A stretch of DNA of 64,000 nucleotides from Phoronis australis (lineage: Eukaryota; Animalia; Phoronida). Under the pieces are notes generated by a model. The model had not been told where the DNA came from and ran no database searches. It worked only from the letters and a program-made list of their open reading frames with translations. The stretch is from assembly GCA_002633005.1 (NCBI GenBank), contig NMRA01000004.1:1963935-2027934 (forward strand), written 5' to 3'. The position numbers and the translations under genes are program-made. Each line of letters starts with the position of its first letter. Within the stretch, counting starts at the first letter, position 1. Below, in pieces: positions 1 through 13,691 of this stretch.

Positions 1-1973
1 TACGGACATATTTGTAGAGCTTGTCTTGGGAAATGCATAGCACTGCTACCGCTACTTCAACGTAGATTTTAGATAGTTGTTAAACAACGTTCCAATTTAT
101 TCACCTATACGCGCCTCTGTGTCGCTTGGCGTGTTATAAGCAAATGACAACGAAAACGAAAACGAAACGTACTAACCTTCAGATCTAATTTCCATTCTAC
201 GGTTCAAACTTGATCATTTTTTTGGAAATGCGCACGCAGCAGATCGCTGGAGGTCGCCTAGTTTCAAAGTTCACGACCCTCAGGCCTACTCTGTCCCAGA
301 AACAGGTTGTACTAACAGAAAAGAAGACGAACCAAAGACGAGCCAACCACCTTGATTCGCCAAACGTCCAGTTCGGTTTATTGCCGACAAAAACTCTTCT
401 GTACTGAGTGACTTGAAAATCAAATTAAGTTCTGTTTGTATTAGCGTGCAACCACTTTGGCCGGAGACTACTTTGTAAGATTTCCACTATCAACTTTCGC
501 TTGTGTAAACGAGGTCTGAGGGTAATGCGTCCCACCGGGGCTTCCGTTCGGACGAGAGGCACTTTGTAGCTGGCTAATACCGTAATCGAATTGTAAACAC
601 AGCCTTAGTGACCACGGTGCCCCTTGCCTTCCAGAGGATTATATATTAAGTGCATGGGGTTAAGTTCTGGTTTAAACTAACAGTCTAACTTGATATCGTT
701 ACGTTGCATAAAAATTAAGTCTGAAGTGAATCATAACACGTAGAGGTGCATTACCCCTTGTCAGTTTTCAAAGTCAATACTTTGGCAACTGGGCAGAGGT
801 GGCCAAGTCGTCACCTGTCATGACCCAAAACTCCAATATGACATCAGGGCCCAGGATCTAATCTACAGACTCGACTCAGACTCAGGCTGGACACATCCAA
901 TCACGCGGCATTTTTTCAAGGACGGAAGCCTGCCATGAAATTGGTCAATTTCAAACTCGAAATAAGAGTGAATAGATTAGACTTGAGCCTGATAACCTCC
1001 CCAACTTACATGTAGTGTATCAGAAGAACTGCCACAGCCACGTGTACTGCAAATTAGAAGGATAAAACGACTGGTGACGAGGATATTTTTAAAAATCTCT
1101 GCACGGAACGGACGAACTGGACTGTTCGGGTATGGGCGCAAGGGAGTGGATGAGAACGTGGCTGTAATGTCAAAACAGTTCCTGGGGATACAGTATGCTA
1201 ATATTTTCAGTGTGCGGCTACCCTCAGAAGTTGGAATTACCTTGACTGATTCTGGAAAAACATTGGCAGATCACTGCCTAGCGGAACACATAGAAGTATT
1301 TGATTTCCAAAGCAACACCATTGCGTTCTCATTTGTTTGAATTGAACATTTTCGCATTTACAAGATTACGTACTAATTTATTCTGGACAATTTCCAATGG
1401 CGGACATAGAATGTCGCAAATGCAGAGACCATCCATAATTTTCGAAGAATATTCGCGTAAGCATGAACATACCGACGGTGTTTTTTGGTTGTGTCGGTGA
1501 GAGGGGCGGGCTCCCAGCATCCCTAATCTGCCTATAATTTCGTGTATACATATGCCTTTAAAGCATGAAGGTTATTTAGATAAAACCACAAATGCAGCAT
1601 ATTATTCACCATTTACTTTTTTGGAAAACTTACATCAGAGGTGATTGAATGTAAGAGATTTTCATTGCAGTAGCTTCTGAAAGACTTGAAGGCTCATGAC
1701 ACCACAGCTACCAATGGACGATAGTTGGCTTATATGCACGTTACATGTACGTGTCATGAGAACTACTTTTCGTGACAAGTAGGCATGATTCCGATTGCAG
1801 ACAAAACCGTAGTGGTTTAGTTGCAATAAACATTCAGAAACAAAAGCGTGGTCAACACAGACGTCTGTGAAAACTTCTCAAAATCATTCGCTGACTCATG
1901 ACAGCACGGATGTTTCACGTTAGCGTTAAAGGGACACAAACGGTTTTTTGGAGGAAAAACGAGATTTTGCTGG

Positions 1974-2016
1974 TTAGGATGGACTTTTAGAAGTTTAGGA
2001 TGGACTTTTAGAAGTT
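1974..2016. repeat. Short tandem duplication (~22 bp x2)
   Basis: TTAGGATGGACTTTTAGAAGT occurs twice. Confidence 0.85.
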
Positions 2017-5000
2017 ATTGAGGTTCGACCAGAGCTGTCAAACAACAAAATCCGTTGTTTTGTGATTTTATTGGAAATCCCCAATTCCTGACGTTGACTG
2101 CAAGACGTCGCTACAGGGTAAAATTAACGCTTAATAAATCCCCCGGCTACAATTATTTTTACGGGCAAACCATTGAATCGCTGAGCTCATGGGCTCGAAT
2201 CAGTTTTTGGGACCGCGACCTTAAATTGTCGCTGATATGTGCGCAAAGCCGTCGTGAGAGGGAATGTTGTTTCTATGTAAATCGTTTCACGCGTTCGAGG
2301 TTAACCAGTTCAAACTCAACACATATGCCAAGGTGATATAGCGAACGCACTAAAAGCAAACGCTTTAGTAAGTATCATAGTTAAAATGGAAACACGTGAT
2401 GACGGTGGAAATTTCACGCCTGAATTAACACACTAGAACCAAACTTGTGACTTGAGAATCGAAAGGTCAACGAGGAAGTGGGGTCACTGAGGTGTACTAT
2501 CTCAAATATCTGGAGCATTAACTGCATTCGCTCGGAAAACTTTCCTCTTTACTTGTAGCCGCGAGGTCATTGCGTTCATTCTGGTAGTGCTGCTAAAGAG
2601 ACATTGTCATCGGTAAAAGTAATTTTACAGAAATTAGTAGTAGCGCGGAATCAAAACAACAAGCTCGACTGCAGCAGACGAACACTTTGCCCCTGAGCCA
2701 AAAGCTACGCGATAAGTTGCGGAAAATTTTACACGCGCTAAATGATAAAGACCCCGTCCTAACAGACAATTGGCGATTGCAGTATAACCACAAAAATGGA
2801 TTTTGTTGTTTTGTAGCTCTGATCAAAGCTAATAATTTCAAGGGAAGCCTAAAATGCATTTTTCGGACCTAAAACTGATGACCCTTTAGCACCGAGGAAT
2901 GTTCAATGCCAAAAGCGAATGACAGCTAAAAAGGGCATCCATGACACTTCCTCTACGCCACTCATATATCAGTAGTCAACCGGCTGACTGTATTTTCCAC
3001 GAAAAAGAGAACTACATGTTTACTCAAATGCTTTCGATGCGAACGAAACAACAGTTTTACTTGTACTTATTTGTACGATTGCACTAATAATTATTGGAAC
3101 AAAGGGTAGCATCACATAAATCCAAAGTTAAAGCCAGGCTACTTTCCGACGTTCCGTAAACAACACTGTTTCGTCGTCAGACACAGTCGATCATTATAAT
3201 GTAGCCGTTGGGCATCGATGGAAATGACGGCGTGTTATCGCAAGGAAATTAGTCCGACGGTTCACTTTGAAACTGTTTAGTGGTGAGAGCACGTAGCGAA
3301 ATCATAACAATGGCGTGTAAGGCAAACAAAAATGACATTTGGTGAAAGATTGTCAGACAACCAATCACGAGGTCGTGCTTAATTCCAAAACATTTGGATT
3401 TTGTATAAAGTCAAAAGATACAAATGGCACAAGTGTTTTGGTTTGGGAATAATTGGCACTTAGCTTTACACCAATAGTGCTCAACCGGCAACACACGTTG
3501 TTTTGAAATTTACTGACCACGTTGACATTCACCATGTACACACTGCGTAGTAAACGTTTACAAACAGGCACGCCATTATAACTTGGTTCGTGCGCAATAT
3601 GTGTCTCCACGAGAGCTAATTCGTATACTTACATCTCATGTGAATCCCCATGCCACGCCTCACAGAAACTGCTCTTAACTTGAAACTAGTGACAATAAAC
3701 CATCACGGCTCGAAAAATGAGGTCTGAAAATTATCACTTCCAAAACCACTTGGAGACATTAATATTTAAAGGAGTGCTACTCGAGTAATCGTGTATTAGA
3801 TCTCGTTGTAGCTTTATAGACTTCAAAAGAAACTGGATATCATCAATCACAGCGCCGGTTCACAATACTCCACACAACAAAGACCGTGCGCTGCGGTGGC
3901 GACTTTTCACAGCAGAGTTTTGCAAATTCGGCAGGTGCATGTTCACATGATTGCCATTAATTTACACATTCAGGCGTGACTTGTTTTTCTGTATATTCCA
4001 AACAGCGCAATATCTTGAAACCTCAACAGGTCACCAGCATGCCGTCAGTGTAAATGTGACCAGACCGTCGAGAATTAACACAGGAGGGGCTTGCTTGTAA
4101 CAAGCGACTTTCTGTACGACACGTCGCATCAATTGCATTATTGTCTACGTGTATACTTGATTAAAAAACAAGTACATAATTCATTCGCTCTTTTCAGCAA
4201 CTGCACCATCTAAATAAATTGCCATCGCACACATCGAAGTTACAATCAAACAAAAAAGACAAACGTATTTATTTTGATAATAGCGTAGAAATGTTTTCGT
4301 GATACTTACGGTCTGTGGCATTCTGTGACTCGATGTGTTTCTTTCCTCGTTTGAAACTAATTCTCTGATGATACACCTCTGTCGACCTAATTTGTTTTCA
4401 TTAATTCGCTAAGCCACCTTTTTGGTCAATTAAGTAGCCTGGATATCTCGTGTGTCTACATAGCATTCAAAATATGGAAATTTGAAGTTACGTTGAATCG
4501 ATTTACTTACCCCCTGCTGCGCAGATATTTTTAATTTAAATTTACTCTTACAGATGTAACACAAGCCCGCATACGGTTCTTTCAAAAAGAACCGCGGGTA
4601 CGGTGAAAAAATGACAAATTTCTTTATCAACGTCTTGTCAATTTGTCAACATATACCTCACTTGAAGCAATACTGTTCTGAATACAATGTATGTGTTTGG
4701 ATGATGAAGTCAACGGTCAAAATTTTCTCACGTACAGAACAGGGCATGTGACCGTCAAACTTTACTCGAAGCTCCAGCTGAAAACTGACGAATTGTGTTC
4801 CACATATTATGTAAATTTTGGAATTTTAGGAAAGGTGATTGGGCAATTTTCGAGTCTAGTCTTGAGCAGTATTAATAATTTTGGTAATCACGGACACTCA
4901 TGCCAGTAGATTGGAGTATCTTCCACCATAGCAGCCTAGCACAACAATTCTAGGCGTTTATTGAATTGGTTGTTTTAGACAATACCATTCGAACGTGCAT

Positions 5001-6951
5001 TAGCGGAACTCGCGCGCCTTCATGTGATGCTCCGGATTAAGGCGTAACATTTTTGAAACACGGCTAGCCTTATCCGATATGAAGTACTTTGCCACGAGTG
5101 CCATCTTTTGACGAACTTATCGTACACGTCGACTGATATAAACTAAACATTCATAAACTGACGACATGTCAGAGCCTGTTTGAGGGCTATTAATGAAATA
5201 TTTACTGGTGGCAACAGACAAAATTCCCTTCCAACAGAGACATGTCGAACTATTGAATGAAACACGGGCACAAGGCAATGAGATCGTGGGTGTCAAACAA
5301 TGGTGACGACGCATATTCACAAGATTTTGCTCCTACTAATCCTTCCACCTGTAGGAATTGTGGAGCTTTAAGTCACCTGTAGGAAAGCTAATCATGCCAA
5401 AAGCCTTATGTTAAACTTTCATCCCCACGAGCCTGATCGTAGACCTCACAGTCATAATGCCAAAAATACAATTACTTCACCTAGTTTTGGATTTGTGCCA
5501 GGAGTAGACGTACTGATCGCATTGTCTCGGCGGGAAAGCAGCATCTTTTTAATGTGGATTTGGTCGTAAACATTTACCTGTCATCCATGCAGCAACTGCA
5601 ATAAAATACCGATGCGGCAAAGTGCTGTGTCATACAGCGTGACGGATCCTACATATACATGTACGTTCTGGTAGCTTCAAGCAGTTTTGTCATCTTCCAC
5701 TGCTCCATTACAACAACTGTGGCGTTTATCAGCATGTTTTTGTAAATTTCTTTAGACTTAGCATCGAATTTATAAATATTCATGAATGGTTGCACGATAA
5801 GTGTATCGACAATCGATAACCCGTTGTAAATCATGTTTGGCTTTCTCTTTAGAAGATCTAGAAACTACGTTCTTGATGGTCAGCGTGATATCACGCATGG
5901 AAACACGGTAGATATGCAAATACGGAATTTTGGATTGCCGGCAATAATGATCAAATGCGCGATTTAATTTGGTTGTATTTACCGAAAGCTACTATGGATA
6001 CACTTCTTAGTTTTGCACAAGTACAGCACTATTAACTGGACAAATCCATCTCACAAAATCCCGTTTAGTTTGCTGATAAATCGTCATTTCATGATATTAC
6101 TGACTGAAGACTAGGTTATTTTCGCATATAGATAAGCCCTGCGTATTTTCGAGATCCATGACTGAGACTTCGAGAACAGCTTTAGTGAAACCAATAATTT
6201 CAAAATTCACGCTGTGCCATGATTTATTTGGTAGAACACTTAATGTAAAATTATAAGAGGACGTGTCTTCCAGAAGGGGCTGCGTTCCGGCCGCAGACTC
6301 AAGGCACTCACTCACGCAACGCAGCCCTAGTTAGAACGTAGATCCGTTGTTTCATTCAGTTTCTGTTTACTTAAACCGGTGGCGCAGCATACTTCATCTG
6401 TTTATTTGAGGATTAATTAGTTTCGTTGACAGTCGGTATATGAAGTTAAAATTATCTAGTGTATCGACCGAAAGCAGGAGGTAGGCTTGAAAGCGTTAAA
6501 AATTTGATAACCAGTGAAGTCTAACTAAAACTAAAATTTAATCATCGATTGTAAAAAATAAACTGATGGCATCTTTTTAACTGAAAAAATTAAATTCTGG
6601 TCTCTTTACCAGGTGGCTCTCTTACGACTTTTGCTTAAATGTCGTGGTTGGTGCTGAAAATTAAACTTGTGCATCAGCTGCCGCGCAAGAAGAGAAGTCA
6701 CGTGAATTGCATACGCTGTAAAGATGTCCACGTTAGTGATAGAAGCCATCAACGTGGCACCCACTTGTACCTAGGCATGTATTGAGTGCAAATTGTCCAG
6801 CACACGATCTAAACAGCTAGTGTTGATTCAGCCATTATCGGTGTGAAAAATGACTTTGCAATCAGCCGCAGTGTGGAATCGTCCATCATGCAGGGCCTTG
6901 TTACGGTTGCGGTCTAATGTTCTGGTACACTCGCCCCATATTTGATTTCGC

Positions 6952-7012
6952 TTAGCGAATGAGGCAGCCAACGGTGAGAATTAGCGAATCAGGCACACAA
7001 CGGTGAGAATTG
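6952..7012. repeat. Short tandem duplication (~29 bp x2)
   Basis: TTAGCGAAT.AGGCA...AACGGTGAGAA occurs twice. Confidence 0.8.
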
Positions 7013-8304
7013 ACGATTTAGGGTAAAATCAAAAACATAACCGATTTTGTTTTATTGCTCTGGTGAAAGCTGAACTCCAAAAAAGTCGAACCGATGTAAC
7101 AAATTTGCTTTTTTCGTTCCATCAGTTGTTGCAACATGAGCTGTTCCTACCTGAAAAAGCACCTTTTTTTCACGGGAGCACCAGCAGTAGTGTTTTAGTG
7201 AATGAATGCACGTTTTTGACACCAAATCTTATACCTCAAAAGTACAACGCTTTCTTTTGGTCATGCGTTCTTGAGTAAACATGCCGGAACCACGCGCGCT
7301 TGCGTCTACCGTGTCGTTCCCTAGCGATGGAACCCATCTCATAGCCATACAATGTGCAGTGTCTACACTCGATGATATAACTTGTTTAATGGTACTAATT
7401 GATATTCGGTTTGTTTGTTATAGTTACATCAATTTAGAGAGGTTGTCGTGTGAATAGCGTAACAGGGCCCTAAACTGTAAATCAAACAGTAACAGAAACA
7501 AAGTGCTGAATGAAAATGACACGGTACCTCAGAATGTATAAACTAGACGCAATAGTCAAAAGTTGAAGCAGTAGAAGTCCTTGGAGTGCATGCTGGCGAA
7601 ATTCGTACGTTCGCTCACTAAAATTGTCAACCAACCTAAACCCAAGACTGTATCTGCCATTTATTCTCGTTACAATTAGTAAGAAACGACAGACGTCATT
7701 TTGCCACACTATAAATAGCAATGCAATTAACTTTCTGACTAAGATATATCCAGGAAAGCACCCCTGCTGTGAAAAAAGTAATCGGTTGATACGAAAATCG
7801 TGCCAAGGAATAAGAACTATCACCAGCATAACATGAGTACAATTTACATGTAAGATTAACTTGTATTAAACCTAGCAGGAACTAACAAAGGCTTGTGATC
7901 AAAGAACACACCGAGCATGCGCTAATGTTTAGGCTCATGCGCCTATGTGAGAAACTGTCCGACTATGTGTTAGGCCCACGACTTATGCGCGAAAAGACTC
8001 GAGTGAAACCAATGAGCAAAATATCAAAATAGCTTATCCGTGAAAATTGGCTCGACTGTTACAAGAGAGTTGACGTTGACGGGCGTCCAATTAAAAGTAA
8101 CTATTGAAAGAAAAGTATAAAACGCGCAAAAAGTCACAAGAAACGTTTTCCACGTGAATACATGCAAGCAGGAACACATTCCTGATGCAAGCATAGGCGG
8201 ATTTTAGGGGGGCAGGGGGTCCAGGCCCTCCCCAGGGTGCCGCAAGCAACATGTTACAGCAACAGCGTGAAGCGTGAGGAAATATACAGTTCAGTAACTA
8301 GGAC

Positions 8305-8522
8305 CGGTAGCGGATGAGGGGGGGGGGGCTCAGATATCAGAGAAATCGTGTTTCCTTTTATTTTTATTTTTTTAGTCCATTGACAGATTTCCTGAACGGA
8401 TGATCTACATCCCGACCCCCCGCAACTTTCAGGCCCCAGTGCACATACGTTCGCCGCGCTATGCCCAATTCCCCGAGGCAACGTGTTGGGCCCCCCGTTA
8501 TGGTATCCTAGATCCGCCACTG
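8305..8522. mobile_element. MITE with CAGTGGCGGAT-type termini (decayed)
   Basis: CGGTAGCGGATGAGGGG...CCTAGATCCGCCACTG; a related end fragment lies at ~8192-8230. Confidence 0.5.
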
Positions 8523-8575
8523 GCAAGGAATAGAAGCCCTCGCCTATTTATGAAACTTAGACTCATGGGGGCCCA

Positions 8576-8734
8576 TGTGCTGGTTTCCAGTTCAAATTTC
8601 AATTTGAAATTGGAAAATGAAGCATGAAATACGGAATCAATTTCAGACTGAAAATAGAGCACTGAATTTTGAGTCAATATTCTATGTTTCATTTTTCAAT
8701 TTCAAAATGGTAAATTGAACTGGAAACCAGCATA
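8576..8734. mobile_element. Fold-back MITE
   Basis: TGCTGGTTTCCAGTTCAA / TTGAACTGGAAACCAGCA, with imperfect pairing continuing inward. Confidence 0.7.
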
Positions 8735-9791
8735 CCAATTCATGCGCTTTTGTGCTAAACGGGAAATGTTTCCTTGAAAACGATGCCTGATGTCGGACAG
8801 ACGCGCAAGCCTAACTGATCTACGCGCACATACGGTTATTGCTGCAAATTCAAAATTCAAACGTTTCTACTGTATTTTGAGAGAATGCAAAACAGGAGAA
8901 CAGACAGGTCATAAGCACTTCCACTTCTGCCAAAGTACTGGGAATGCAAACCCGCTAGTTACCGTTTTGTGATGCTGCATACAAAAATGTTTCCTTTCAT
9001 CGAGAACTTGTTGCGAAAGAATACGAAACACGATTTTGGCGTCTTTTCAACTCTAGGTTATGAATCAGAAACCAGCCGACCGTGAAATCTAACGACACAC
9101 CTGTAGGTATGGAAAGCTTGGTTAATATCACCAAGCTAGCCACCTGGTTTTGGTACTTGAAAGGTGTGTGGTTTTGTTAATTCACTTTCCCTCATAACTA
9201 CAACGTGTTTAATCTTCTGTGAATTGTTATTTGGTTTTACGGATGACAAATGGTTGCTCGCTTGACATAAGATAGGATTACAGTCATGAAAAATACTTTT
9301 ATGCAGCGCATGTCTGGTGCAGTCAATTGTACATGTACAATAAAGGATTGATACGACAGGTTGACTGCGACTGCTTGTGACACACAGAAGGTTCGATGAC
9401 CCCCATGTTAAGTGCAATGTCATAAAAATACAATTATTTGCGTCGATGGCCAGGCTACTGGATTTTTCCCCAAAAGAATGAAACAACTTTAAGTGTAATG
9501 TTCTACCACTCTGTAACACACACGGATTGTACAGCTTACAATAAGAAAACGACGAATAAAGGAGTTCTTATTAATCCACGAGATATTGTGATTTATCATA
9601 AATGGTAATTGGGTATGAGTTATCGTACATGTATTCATGTAATAACTGTAAAAGAATGGTAAGTGGTTTTTAAGGGTTGTGGATAGGACCTTACGATCTA
9701 AGTCACAAGACTGATGTGTATGTATCAAAATGGAAGAAAGAGATACGTACATGTAAGAGAAGCCGGAAAACATGTGTCAAATACCAGTGCT

Positions 9792-9949
9792 GCCTCCCAT
9801 TCAGTAACGCTAGGACCTCGCTAAAATGCAAGACTTCGCGAGATTACGTGAGATATTGCCATGTATTTTGAAAGAGAACACGCGACTTTGGCTGTATTTT
9901 CGCTACGTCTTAGCGTACATGTAGGTCCTAGCGTTACTGAACGCACGCC
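9792..9949. mobile_element. MITE family A, copy 1
   Basis: Inverted repeat TTCAGTAACGCTAGGACCT / AGGTCCTAGCGTTACTGAA; three more copies in the window. Confidence 0.8.
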
Positions 9950-11953
9950 CGGATTTACTCTCCGGGAGGCCCTGGCCAGACATTTTTGTTACGGGGCCTC
10001 CAGCAGCATGTTTTGTCTGCGCTCACTCGAACACTGACGTGCTCGTATTCATGCAAAAAGTCTGGGAAAATTTGTTAACCACATATGTTCAGGAGCAAAC
10101 TGATTCAGAATTTTTTTAGGACTGCATAGCTGTGTCATTTCTCCTGGTACCATCTCTGGCTAGATGTTATGGAGTCATTTGTCGAGCTTGAAGACCTGAT
10201 CGGTTCGTCACAGTAAAAGTTTGCTACTGTTTCCCAATTAGGAAGGCACTATTAATGAAAACGGAGTCTTTTGTACAGAACTCGTTGTGTCGTCGATCGC
10301 AATGTCAAAAGTATGACATTTTGACATCCGCAATGATGCTTCGTTTCCTGTCGGTGCTTTCCCGGCTGCCCGTCAGATATATGTATCTGCGAACACCTCT
10401 TCGGGAATTGCCTAAAAATCCAGAAAGTAAATTACAGATTTAGACATGTTTAAGTAGGCACGAAAATCGACTGATTCATAAACTCAACTCGATTGCATTT
10501 CTAATAAAAGCTGATATTGTAAGACATTGATGTTTCAGTGAGCTTTGAAGATACAGGTTGAAGTTCATAAAAATAAATTTATCTTACCCGGCAACATAGC
10601 AATGTGCACTACGTGATTTTCTCAATCTGAAATAACACTCTAAGGAATTCAGTAGTGTTTTTGGGAATTTTGGCGTGGGATAACAAAATTTGGGCAGTAT
10701 AAAACATTTGCCCGCCCCGGGGTTCAGGCAACTCGGGTTCCTATTTTCAGCAAGAAATTTTTAAGGGTGTACCACGGCCCCACGGGCACCGGAACCGCAC
10801 CCTTTCAAAGTGTACCCATTCATTGAATGACCCTAACAAGGTGAACTTTTCCCAAAGTAGACACTAATATAGTGAAACTTTACTTTTTGCCTCATTTTGC
10901 TCTTGAAAATATACTATAAAGAAAATTTACGGCACGATATTTCGTCTACTTATTTCGGAGATGGTTCCGACCCGTACTGCGGAGTTCGCACCCTGCGGTG
11001 GGCGTTTCTTACGTTGAAGTTATAGCCCCTCAAAATGGGTTTGTTTTATACATCGTACGTGCGAAACGGGCGGTGCAAGGGGAAGCTGAAACGGTGGTGA
11101 TGTGGGGCGAGGAATTTGACACCGTATACCACTGTGATGAGTTTAGCGAAGTCGAACTAGTCTGTGTTCCCTCCGCCCCTCACCCAATAATGTTTACACC
11201 TCCGCGGGCCAGCATATAATGTTATGATTTGCGGGCATAAATTGTATTACTTTTTGGTCAATTTATTTAGATCTGTCTATCTACGAATAAAGAGGGGGAA
11301 GGTTTATCCGAAGTAAATAAAACTGCTGTCGGGGNCATGGAGGGCTGTAAAACAGTCTCTCGGAGAATCGTCGGTGGCGGAGATGAAACTCGATGAAGTC
11401 GACCAGGGCGGGAGGCTAGACGATTGTGCTCACATTTTTTTCGCACAACACGGCGAACCCCCAACCCACGCCAATGAAAATTCAAATTAAATTGCTGTAG
11501 TGTGTTTGTAGCACAATGCTTGTGTGTACTGATATCCATTGTAAACTTTTTTTTATTATTTGATCATATTCACTACGCTTTAACCAGTACATTTAAGGGT
11601 TTCGTTCCTGATTATGACACCATCATTTTCGTGTTGAAATCCCCGCTTTTTTGGAGCTGTATGCGTCCACTCACGTGGTGCACGTGTATGCGATAGCGGA
11701 AGTTTCTCTCCTGCACAGCAAAAGAACGAGTATGCGCCTGAAGACAGGCACCTATTGGTAAACGCGAGACTTATTCAAAATAAATTACTTTATTTCTCAA
11801 AGTTCAAAGAAAACGGACAAGGCGTTATTGTGGTCAGACTCCATTGCGATTTGAAAATATGACTGGGAGACATCTTCGTGAAAGTAGTTTTCAAGAATTC
11901 ATCTCATAACCCTTAAAGTTTAGAAACAAAATAGATCTATTAATAATAGATCT

Positions 11954-12022
11954 AATAATGACAAATAGAACCTGTACAGTTACATAATTTATGTAACTGT
12001 ACAGGTTCTATTTGTCATTATT
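11954..12022. repeat. Perfect palindrome with 34-bp arms and a 1-nt spacer
   Basis: AATAATGACAAATAGAACCTGTACAGTTACATAA-T-TTATGTAACTGTACAGGTTCTATTTGTCATTATT. Confidence 0.95.
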
Positions 12023-13685
12023 GTTGAGTAATAGGGAGTTCAGCTTTATATTTCGCTGCTATTATTAGTCGCTGCTCGCATGTACACTGAAGTGCCACTT
12101 GCGCCTTTGTTCCTGGAGTTTTCTGCAAAATCGCACCTCGTTGCGGTTTCTGCGAACACGGACAGAACTGACGTGTTACTCAGCATTTTCTGTAAACAAC
12201 GCGTACTTGTAAATACGCAGTCGTGTCACCGAGGGCAATTTCCGGGGCGTGAAATGTAGGCCTACCTCCCTCAATAAAGCACCTGTAGATATTCTACAAT
12301 TTTGTGTCAAGGGACAGCTTCCTCCAAAATAGTGCAAGGCAATAACAACATTTTTGCCTTCTACTTTTGGGCCACCCCTGCATGCATACGTATTAACGAA
12401 CTGAAGAGTATGAATTTTCAACAGACTTCTTTCAGATATTAGATATTTACGAGTCATGATACCGATTATTGCGATATATGCATTAGACGAATTAGCTTCC
12501 GTGAATGCACAGTGTATGTAGAATATTTGCACAGAGCTGCATCGTATAAACCCCCCTGGAGTTGCAGTTCATTCAGCCAGACACTCGGAAATTACAAAAT
12601 AATTACGCAATATTAGCGGCACTTACATATGCACGCCATGCAGTGTTCGGTCTCTAATATCTGTAAGGCTACTCAAAATTCGACTCGAAAATTGACCAAT
12701 AGAATGACAGTCGACGAGTAATCTTACAAATTTGTTGTCAAATAATGCCAGACGTTCTTGAGTCTGAGTGGAGCCCGAGTTCGGAGATTACGGTCCCGTT
12801 GTAGTTCCCATACCATTCAATCTGGGCTTTGCAAAGGCCACCCAATAGTGGAGATAAAATCCATGCAGTGTGAAAACCTTTCTGCTGTATATAATTTGAG
12901 TTTTCCAACAACGTGTCGGTTTCATTGGGAACAACAACTTGATGTTTGATAGTGAAGCATTTATTAGATATTTCCAAAGTTTTGCATTTTACAAAAATCA
13001 TATTATAACCATGGCTTGTTACATGTCGAATGTTTAAATGTTTGCAGTTTGTCTACGTTACGGTAATTATGTACTGGCAACTGAGCGCATGCGTCACATT
13101 TTGCTATTTTTTATTCAAACAGGAAACGTTATGTGGTGTACAAACAAAACGAATACCGAGTCTATGCACAACTCAACATTTATATAGGCCTATCCCGGCG
13201 TTCACGTAAGAGTGAAGTCACTGTTGAAAGTTAAAAGCAAAAACCTACTTCTCCAATGACAACAATCCAATACATCTAGTCTGCAATATCGAGTGGCGTC
13301 TGTTTCTTTATCCGTGTCCAATTCCGTGATAATGCCATTGCGACCAATAGATGTCGCTACCCATCATTAAAACGGTTCTTGCGAACAGTGTGCGTGTGCA
13401 GCACAAACGGTCAAAATAGGCGATAATAATCGGTGTACACCACGTAATATAACAGCCTTGAGCCTAATGCATAATCATTACCATGTAGTAATCATTATTA
13501 TGGCTCTCATCAATTTAGGCGCGATTGTAATTTTGTCCCCGTAGGTGTAGGCGATGTGCAATTGCTGTTCAAAGAAAATACGATTTCAAAAAGCTGGTAT
13601 CTGTACAATCTCCGCCGCTAAACCATCGATCACAGTATTTAACGGCTGTCACTGCATCCTCTGATCACCAACACCTTGCCTAAAG

Positions 13686-13691
13686 TTTATT
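13686..13691 (-). promoter_or_regulatory. Candidate polyadenylation signal AATAAA overlapping the TAA stop
   Basis: Minus strand reads ATT TAA TAAA; other AATAAA hexamers lie downstream at ~13110 and ~12960. Confidence 0.3.

Noticed and set aside
11200-11480. LTR retrotransposon primer-binding site / 5' leader
   Set aside because: TGGCGTGGGTTGGGGG does not clearly match a tRNA 3' end, and no LTR pair or gag ORF is visible.
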